From Candidatus Iainarchaeum sp. (GTDB taxonomy: Archaea > Iainarchaeota > Iainarchaeia > Iainarchaeales > JAAZKV01), in assembly GCA_026397015.1 (NCBI GenBank), contig JAPLVR010000003.1, positions 45,414 to 109,413 on the forward strand: a stretch of DNA of 64,000 bases. Reading direction: 5' to 3'. Each line of letters starts with the position of its first letter. Within the stretch, counting starts at the first letter, position 1. The notes below the pieces were generated by a model that made no database searches, was not told the DNA's origin, and worked only from the letters and a program-made list of their open reading frames with translations. The position numbers were made by a program, and so were the translations under genes. Shown one piece after another: positions 58,801-64,000 of this stretch.

Positions 58801-61760
58801 ACGCAAAAACAATCAATGTAACCGTGAGCACGGATATTGCAAAGCTTGCAAAATCTAAGGGAACGGATTCGGCAAACGCTTATGTGCAGGTTGCGAAAAT
58901 GGTTTCCGATACGCTCGGAGGAAACTTCGGAGAAACAAACTGCGTCACAAAAGGAGCAACAGGATATGAATGCGTAAAGCTCACGGATCCGAGCGGGCTC
59001 GGAACATTAAAGATGAACATTCCTGAAAAAACGATGAACCTTTCGCAGACCGAAGGATGCGTGCTTGGAAAAGTTGTTTCCGGGGTTGTGGAAAGCGTTG
59101 AGTTCGAAATTGAGCAGGGAAAAGAATTCAAGGGGATAACAAAAATAACAATAAGAGATTCAGCCAACAAAACTGTTTACAAAGAAGTTACTTACGATGG
59201 AACGGTGCTTAAAGATGAGAAGCCCGGAGTTCCGATGGTGCTTGAATACGGCAACAAAAAAGACGAACCTTACTCAAAAGAAATCTCAATTTGCGCCACG
59301 GCGGGAAGCGACAAGACTCCGGAAGGCAGCCCCGGTTACCTTGAAGCAAAGGGATCGAGTTTCGTTGTAACGGCGATAAATAAAAATGCCGGCGGAGACA
59401 GGCACACGAATGCGGAAGACGGAACTGTCACGATAGGAATTGCGACACTGCACATTGATGACTTGGCGGACAAGCTTTACAATCAAAAAGATACTTTCAA
59501 AAACAAGGGCATGGACCACCCGTACTATTTCACAATACAATGGATGGGCGACCCCGAAGTTCTTAATTTCAAGGATTATTTAGAAGGGCTTGCCGCTTTG
59601 AAACAAATGCCTACTGCAGTAATAAAGAGCATGGATCAGGGATACGGATTAACAGAAGCAGGGGACGCACTTGTAAAAGCCGGCAAAAAAAGCGCAATCA
59701 ATCAATACCTGATGGGGTGCGCTGGAACAACCATTGCATGCGACGCGTACACGGGCCCCTTTAACACCCTCATAGGTTTGCTAACTAACTGCGGAATTCC
59801 TGCTGGAACAATGTTCAAACAGGATTTGGTTGAAAATTATGAATTTTTCAGAGGAGGGTACAATTGGCTTTCTAAAAATCTGCCATTCGGCGGCTCAATA
59901 TTCGACCTCTCACCGAAGATGGACAGAACACAGCCGTCATGGTCGCCGATAAAATCTCCTGCAATAGGAGTTGGAGTCGCAAGCGCAGGAGCCGCAAGGG
60001 CTTTAAAAGTAGCATCGAGAATGTCAGGCGGGCTTAATCCCGGGCTTATAAATTCGATGAGCGACCTATTGAGTTCGCAATACAGAGAAGGCGCACAAAA
60101 ATTACTCACGGGATCGGGACTTTCCGCGGCGGATGAAAAAGCAATATTGGACGGTTATGCTGCGGAACTAAAAAGTTCACTAAAAACACAATTGACTGCG
60201 GATTATACAGCCGCAAGAAACGCTGGCAGGGGAAAAGTGACAGGATTGATGTCAGATTTCGGCGTTGCAAAAGATGCCGAAGCCAAACTAACTACCGCGT
60301 TGGGAAGTGCGAATGAGGCCGCAAACAAAAAGTTTGCTTCGCTTTTGAAACAAAAAATCGGAAGCGCAAACACCGTTGATGAGCTTTTGGCAAAATTCAG
60401 CAATGTGGAAGCAAAATCTGTTAAGGATGTAATAGAGTTGGCTGGAAAAAGCAATTTGGAAACACTTGTAAAAATGGGCGGCGACTTTGATGCAAGGGCG
60501 GAAATGCTTAGCAGCTGGAGCGCGACAGCAGATGTTTATGCGCCCGCCGACAGGTGGAATCCTGTTCCAGCATTGGTTACCTCAAGGGTTTCAAACGACG
60601 CGATAAAAAGAGAAATAGAAAGCATGGTAGATGAAATACTGGATAAAACAACTCTTTCTGCGGCAGACAAACTTACGAAGCGCGGAAACATGTTAAGCCA
60701 ATTAATCGGTGGAGGCACTCCCGCTGAAGTTGAGACGTTCAGAAGCACCATAACAAGTGCGAATAACGCAAAAAGCATAATCGGAAGAACTTTCAGGAAC
60801 AACCTTGGAACCATAAAGGGAACGCTTGAACTCACCGAAGGGCAAGTTGACAACATGCTGAATACCGCTGCAAAAACTGCTTCAAAGAATGCCGGCACAG
60901 CCGCAGACACCATTGCCGCTTCAAAAAAACTTTCAAACGTGCTCAAAAGCAGCCTGAAGGGATTGGCAAGGGGAATCGGCTGCGGGATAGCGGCAAACGC
61001 AGTCGGAATTTACATGTACAATCGTTCGCTCGGAGTTACCGGAAGCAGCATGGCGAAGGAAAGCCTTGAAACGAAGGATTTCCTTTTCATCAGGGGGCAC
61101 ACATACAAAATGATAATTGAGCCGGGAGAAGACAACAAAGGAACACTTACTAAATTTGAGGAAGTTACAGGCGATAAGTTCAACCAGATGCTCCTTGATT
61201 TAAGACCTGACAGCAAAAATGAAAAGAAAGGAACGATACTCACTTCGACCCCTACAAAAGACGGAAGGTATCCGGAGCAGAGGCCGCCGAAATTATATTT
61301 AATTACGAGAAATCCTGTTCAGATGAAACAGGAACTGGTAAACGCAGGGTATAACAACGAAGAAATAAACACGAAACTTTCAAGAATAGTGAGGCCCGAA
61401 ATTCAGAACCTGATATTCAGGTATACTGCGGAAAATGATTTGAGAAAAAATCCGAACAAGCAGAGAGTAATTGTCGGTAGCCAGCCTGCAAATGAGGCGC
61501 TTGCAATAACAATAATAGAGGCGGGCTGGAGCGAATACACCGAAGAAAAAAGAAATGAGGAACTGAAAAACGGCGACGGCTGGCTGAAGAATAAGTTGAC
61601 AATCGCGCTCGGGGAGATGCCAAACACGGGCGGAAAAATTACAAAAGAACTAGGAAGAAAAGTTTTCCCTAACAAGGACGACAAGTTCTACGAATTATTC
61701 GAGAAAGACGGAACTGCGTTTGGCAATGTCGGTGTTTGGAACGGGCACCTTGGAAATTAA
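52806..61760 (+). CDS. Giant (2984-aa) N-terminally anchored surface protein
   Basis: Cytoplasmic leader plus TM; repeated carboxypeptidase-regulatory/prealbumin-like units (V.D..G..I.GA.V, KDGY); Ig-like domains; Cys-rich repeat; Pro/Thr linker; C-terminal helical region; GGGGTG SD before TTG. Confidence 0.9.
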   Translation: MISEKLAGFYTRVEDKYFDFLDFLDAKGMPVYKYSDFFENKGIPSFIVTVAILVLLITLISVGLAMSVPATQQIVLMLRDAEGNPLQGVSVTVLNMSGETIAGPLEKNDGDTIEIPKLPQGTKVKLIASKDGYQIGDAEIALGTEIATGTLSLEPAFEGINAILNLVDAENGTNITGATAMATWNEMLFNFDTDNNGNYIKSGMPEGKTVTLTAEADGYDGLSTTTTFYDKSPRIFKMTPSSQGYDQKSNVIVTVKDSAGNTIDGAKVTLINKANEVILLEDYTKQGSVAGAIQTGIVLKIIVEKDGYLQYDSESEAKLITLREKERQIDVVLKQGGEKLNVLVTNKLGLALENTSVQLYDIQGNLIDAGKTTVSGIEFGGLDSNEMLIVTAHHEGYLAQRKKVNVASTEEVTFALEPVTGNNSAALDIFAVDEFAQVVNGANVAIYINEDGNMLPYGYSELVTPITGYVRATVESGKIYEVRAETAVLQGETSAQVPGKTPVKAYVIMKKKAQILEMIFEGPKGEKIYGTAEVNTIEGEPLYDGNISNSKIFFDAEGKEVVEVIVYLSDGNMFSENVNVKGKDTVTVVVYGGTVDALAPKIEFVGLEDEAGNEIGGITPGAFYWAKFSVTFPLGAEKGGVHFRIGNDAVKFAESGNGAIFELGMQGANTFYSTSYSPTPAPGNETIDRANAGDVGNANKWVEGTLGQPNGTYIAKVKIRVSDYTAGTIDLKYRAWGINQTSYYRNPEDISLGNNAFTDAKSGLYAEARVQQLKLYESLPECSGNICLALNFLDGDGKFYDTTAFQPIKGNVYALEAEVSVQEGETVEMTVSSPEKIKFTSVQKVAAGSSTGFSGSETGGTTSGFGGGNGTTTYGTGTGDSNTGISTGLVDRATASGVPEVFSQKKSKLSFAATDTNYFPTTLGSSSDIQGMVPRGAGTTGGLAGTKEMTTRVTIGPGGKQRIRFYFVGDDLGAAQINFKAVGSTQIEKAISFNIVAQKELLVELSKDQVNLGEAFTVRVRDTNSGPIENALVKIVDKKGEAIKSISGTGKIDEGKSGNYKVANNFDAGLYTVQVSAPTYPTKEVPLLITTKNILDFPDTIEVKMPFNQTQSVVSPQPQLLNNSEFQLLNITYELNGNDKNKDNEINNFKFTIGLPPALGKNGKIMVPITVSYTGNVSDSADETATLTIKAMIEGKFLTQISSKVHVSYNKKMDEACLKIEPSSVTINLIGTAESTDSETVEVTNGCEQTLMMKKRVKENTTKSYIIVDSEELSLEVGETKNVTVTARNLIDRKFQRDNSFSYEIIWDANYLTKRLPVTVKTINPSMALSYPGQITLWLAQNSQNAKATAMQPIFVTNISNFPVEGITFSAQRDYGSGTNVSLSIEPPGTITLEKGQSAAKNAFAQAASVITEPVRASILIRGRMGNLDNRSGQRDGYGYYENYYNDYYNQYENSSGTTLTNNINTYAPATNVYTTGMEDLGVIDVMIYYSGFNCFKVSPIDDMTFNISSAGAQIAKRVAIQNDCAEPVTVTGVVAKTPEVILSIYPQVTVGVKQRVEAMITVTPRTALGRFADAIDESKLNNPNAIFFAEDPCKDVLCDDGNPCTEDTCSNGNCSHTKKADGTSCGEGKTCKNGSCVTATPVAPTTTPPVTTPTTTPSTTKPSSASISPASTRIPNYPIVIVGITSISQTPLESKPITISVYSDQDGAGQFSKVNKGVKISVCGKTEKESVDFPKTGSNCAENYCDGKTAAKYLGQKLNTMIKNAESAGYSKQNLTENFGCENQGYCTFGALGIKKETIPLYLQNDKISDESLSESLQEQSSGQTTGFRGITGIGNYLIEPFEVTNETISMIAQAGSYPRRIFLDNALKGCGFYRISIDGAFPVSGGQIMFTEPVIVIKAEDFGSGKRIDTKECTSNIINISNFNPVDEGYTAGDSKGTMLATVGGGSKLDEIAKRVAKERYKDETRNSSTGPGARVEIKEGPVEEALAQVCMGTGGDAKTINVTVSTDIAKLAKSKGTDSANAYVQVAKMVSDTLGGNFGETNCVTKGATGYECVKLTDPSGLGTLKMNIPEKTMNLSQTEGCVLGKVVSGVVESVEFEIEQGKEFKGITKITIRDSANKTVYKEVTYDGTVLKDEKPGVPMVLEYGNKKDEPYSKEISICATAGSDKTPEGSPGYLEAKGSSFVVTAINKNAGGDRHTNAEDGTVTIGIATLHIDDLADKLYNQKDTFKNKGMDHPYYFTIQWMGDPEVLNFKDYLEGLAALKQMPTAVIKSMDQGYGLTEAGDALVKAGKKSAINQYLMGCAGTTIACDAYTGPFNTLIGLLTNCGIPAGTMFKQDLVENYEFFRGGYNWLSKNLPFGGSIFDLSPKMDRTQPSWSPIKSPAIGVGVASAGAARALKVASRMSGGLNPGLINSMSDLLSSQYREGAQKLLTGSGLSAADEKAILDGYAAELKSSLKTQLTADYTAARNAGRGKVTGLMSDFGVAKDAEAKLTTALGSANEAANKKFASLLKQKIGSANTVDELLAKFSNVEAKSVKDVIELAGKSNLETLVKMGGDFDARAEMLSSWSATADVYAPADRWNPVPALVTSRVSNDAIKREIESMVDEILDKTTLSAADKLTKRGNMLSQLIGGGTPAEVETFRSTITSANNAKSIIGRTFRNNLGTIKGTLELTEGQVDNMLNTAAKTASKNAGTAADTIAASKKLSNVLKSSLKGLARGIGCGIAANAVGIYMYNRSLGVTGSSMAKESLETKDFLFIRGHTYKMIIEPGEDNKGTLTKFEEVTGDKFNQMLLDLRPDSKNEKKGTILTSTPTKDGRYPEQRPPKLYLITRNPVQMKQELVNAGYNNEEINTKLSRIVRPEIQNLIFRYTAENDLRKNPNKQRVIVGSQPANEALAITIIEAGWSEYTEEKRNEELKNGDGWLKNKLTIALGEMPNTGGKITKELGRKVFPNKDDKFYELFEKDGTAFGNVGVWNGHLGN

Positions 61761-61873
61761 TCCGGCAACCAAATCAAATCCGCGCCAAATTTAGTTGCCA
61801 TTAACATAACAGACATTTGCTGAATCAAATAGGTAAGCTTTTTAACAACTTAAAACATTTTCCTAATGATTTC

Positions 61874-63412
61874 ATGCTTTTCAGGGTTAATGGCAAAGGA
61901 TTCAACCTTTTTTCCGCGCTTGTGGCGATGGTGCTGATAATAATAGGAGTCCTGCTTGTGAACATGATGGTTTTCAGGGAGGCGAACACGCGGACACAAA
62001 TATATTCGATGAAAGAAAACTTCGGCTTGGCTGACGCGGCGAACATTGCGAGGGCGGATGCGATACAAAGCTTCAGCCATTATTTCAGAAGGGAATTGGA
62101 AATGTACCTGACGTCCGACGGATCAGAAAGCGCTTTTCAACCGCTGCTGAAAATAAGAAAAAATCCTGACGGCCAAATCGAAAACAATTTTGAAAACTGG
62201 GGCGACGTGGTAAAAGAATTTGAAACGCAAATACTTCTCACTCCAAGCGGCTCCGCCAATAATGAAGAAAGATACAAGGCTGTTGCGAGGTTTGTTGCGC
62301 TAAACATAATAAACAAATTCGGAACAGGGCAGGAGGGAACATACGGAAGATACAGGGTAAGCCTCAGCGAACTCGGAACCCCTGCACAAAAAAAAGTCGA
62401 AACCGCTTTTTCAAATGCGATTAAAAAAGTTTTGGACGACCCGACCCATAACATCCAAACATTTTTTGAAATTGTGGACTGCGACAATACTGCGTGCCCG
62501 GTTGGAACTTTTTATTTCAATTTCCCGCTGGACCAGATGAGCACGGAAGATTACGAAAACCTTCCAAGAATAGTTGTGAGCGACACACACACAGGCGAAA
62601 AAATACAAATTCCGCTTTTGCCGCAGGAAAAATTACGAATTTATATTCCGATAAGATTCCTAAAGGCCGCGTACGAGGCGAGAAGAGTCGCAATGGAATA
62701 CAACGACCTTGGAATAGGGGACGAATTGAAAAGTTATCGCCTCGGCTTCTGCGAATACGGCGTATGCGGGCCAAGAAATAATCCTGCCACCCCTGCACCA
62801 GGGGATAGGGAAAATAGTTATTGCCCCGAAAGTGAAAATGATTCTCCTGCAAACAAGGAAAAACTTTTGGGCCCTGCGACACTTTTTAATCTTGATAAAT
62901 ATACTGTTGGAGGAGAAAAGCCCGGCGACTTGGAATTGGAAGCGTCGGCAATTGGCGAGCTGGCGAACAATTTTAGTGCGGACCCGGGCAGCCCGGGAAA
63001 TCCCTGCAGCCCTTCCGGCGGCTGCGACTTTGTAAATGAAACAATTGAAAAAAATGATTTTTTTACTAATCCTGGAAACGGGCCCATTGGAGTAGATGGA
63101 TTCCCGTTTAAATACGTCAGCACGCCGAGAAAAACCTACATCACAAAAACAATTCAGGGAACGGGCTCGGATTATGATCCCGCAGCCGGAAAAAAATTGT
63201 ATTGCACCCAGATAAATTCCGTTTCAATAAAAATGCTCTTCAGGGAAAAAAACAAAAATTACATTCTGAACGGAGAATCCGGCAACGGCGAAAATCTCTA
63301 CGGAATAGAATTTACCGATGATACATTTGCGCAAGAACCCGATCGCACCGGAGAATTCTGCATAAACGACAAAACTGCAAATTCAGGCACTGGAAGATGC
63401 TATTCAGGATAG
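61874..63412 (+). CDS. Large pilin-like protein (class III signal peptide), possible tip adhesin
   Basis: MLFRVNGKG/FNLFSALVAMVLIIIG, helical extension, Cys-rich C-terminal domains; ORF open from 61817. Confidence 0.7.
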   Translation: MLFRVNGKGFNLFSALVAMVLIIIGVLLVNMMVFREANTRTQIYSMKENFGLADAANIARADAIQSFSHYFRRELEMYLTSDGSESAFQPLLKIRKNPDGQIENNFENWGDVVKEFETQILLTPSGSANNEERYKAVARFVALNIINKFGTGQEGTYGRYRVSLSELGTPAQKKVETAFSNAIKKVLDDPTHNIQTFFEIVDCDNTACPVGTFYFNFPLDQMSTEDYENLPRIVVSDTHTGEKIQIPLLPQEKLRIYIPIRFLKAAYEARRVAMEYNDLGIGDELKSYRLGFCEYGVCGPRNNPATPAPGDRENSYCPESENDSPANKEKLLGPATLFNLDKYTVGGEKPGDLELEASAIGELANNFSADPGSPGNPCSPSGGCDFVNETIEKNDFFTNPGNGPIGVDGFPFKYVSTPRKTYITKTIQGTGSDYDPAAGKKLYCTQINSVSIKMLFREKNKNYILNGESGNGENLYGIEFTDDTFAQEPDRTGEFCINDKTANSGTGRCYSG

Positions 63413-63600
63413 TTTTCCAGAAAAGCTTACTTACTATATATTCTTACCATAGTATTAGCTACAGTTCATACCTTACATTGATTGAAAACTTGGCAGCGAA
63501 AAAATAGCCGAAGAAAACGATTCCCATTAACAGTTAGATTAATATAGATTGGTGGAAGTAATATTATTTAGTTAACAAGTGGTTTGCTGATAGTGATTTG

Positions 63601-64000
63601 ATGGGTATAACCGATTCCTTGAAGGACGCTTATTTCAAAATAGAGGATAAGTGGTATAACTTTGTTGACCGCGTTTCGGAGATGCTGCCGATTTTTGGAA
63701 ACGCCGTTGATGCCGTTGAAGAAAAAGGAATCCCGAGTTTGCCGCTTGCGATCGCAATAATTATTCTGCTTATTTTCGGAATTTATCTGGTCTTCATGAT
63801 GGGGGCAAGCTCCACGCTCACAATCGTTGTAAAAGACGCGGGAGAAAATCCACTGGCGGATGCAGAGGTAACTGTGTTCTTGAATGGAATTGCGCAGAAT
63901 CCGAGAAGCACCGACGCGGACGGAAGAGTCGCAATCTACCTCGCAAACGGGAATTACAAAATAAAAATCGGAAAAGAAAATTATTCCCCCCAGGATCTTG
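63601..64000 (+). CDS. Partial surface protein, N-terminal paralog of the 2984-aa protein (runs off the window)
   Basis: Manual translation MGITDSLKDAYFKIEDKWYNFVDR..VEEKGIPSLPLAIAIIILL..TIVVKDAGENPLADAEV; no stop before the window end. Confidence 0.85.
   Translation, partial: MGITDSLKDAYFKIEDKWYNFVDRVSEMLPIFGNAVDAVEEKGIPSLPLAIAIIILLIFGIYLVFMMGASSTLTIVVKDAGENPLADAEVTVFLNGIAQNPRSTDADGRVAIYLANGNYKIKIGKENYSPQDL

Noticed and set aside
1-64000. CRISPR array, diversity-generating retroelement, rRNA, transposase
   Set aside because: No spaced repeats, reverse transcriptase, TR/VR pair, rRNA-like tract or transposase motif detected by eye

Overview
This is an archaeal chromosomal window. The evidence is a BHB-intron tRNA, PAC2, an archaeosortase, class III signal peptides and geranylgeranyl reductase. 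Gene content suggests a DPANN archaeon, possibly Diapherotrites/Iainarchaeota-like, but that is inference. 0-15.7 kb is a surface-glycan cluster: GT2/GT4 enzymes, a flippase, two GT-C membrane transferases, GtrA, two Dol-P-sugar synthases and a nitroreductase-methyltransferase fusion. 15.8-27.8 kb is mixed housekeeping and surface genes, including a tRNA-Gln(CUG) with two introns, a Cys-rich lipoprotein with a gingipain-like (C25) domain and a frameshifted epimerase. 28-31.4 kb is a small Tad-like ATPase/TadB/TadC operon. From 32.9 kb to the end is the main candidate system: a large type IV pilus-like locus with a 775-aa ATPase, an 810-aa platform protein and about nine pilin-like proteins with atypical N-termini. 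It sits with giant surface proteins (1563 aa, 2984 aa and a truncated paralog), an archaeosortase with a candidate new sorting signal, an HD-GYP gene split at an A8 tract and a toxin-antitoxin pair. All calls come from motif recognition by eye; no database searches were run.
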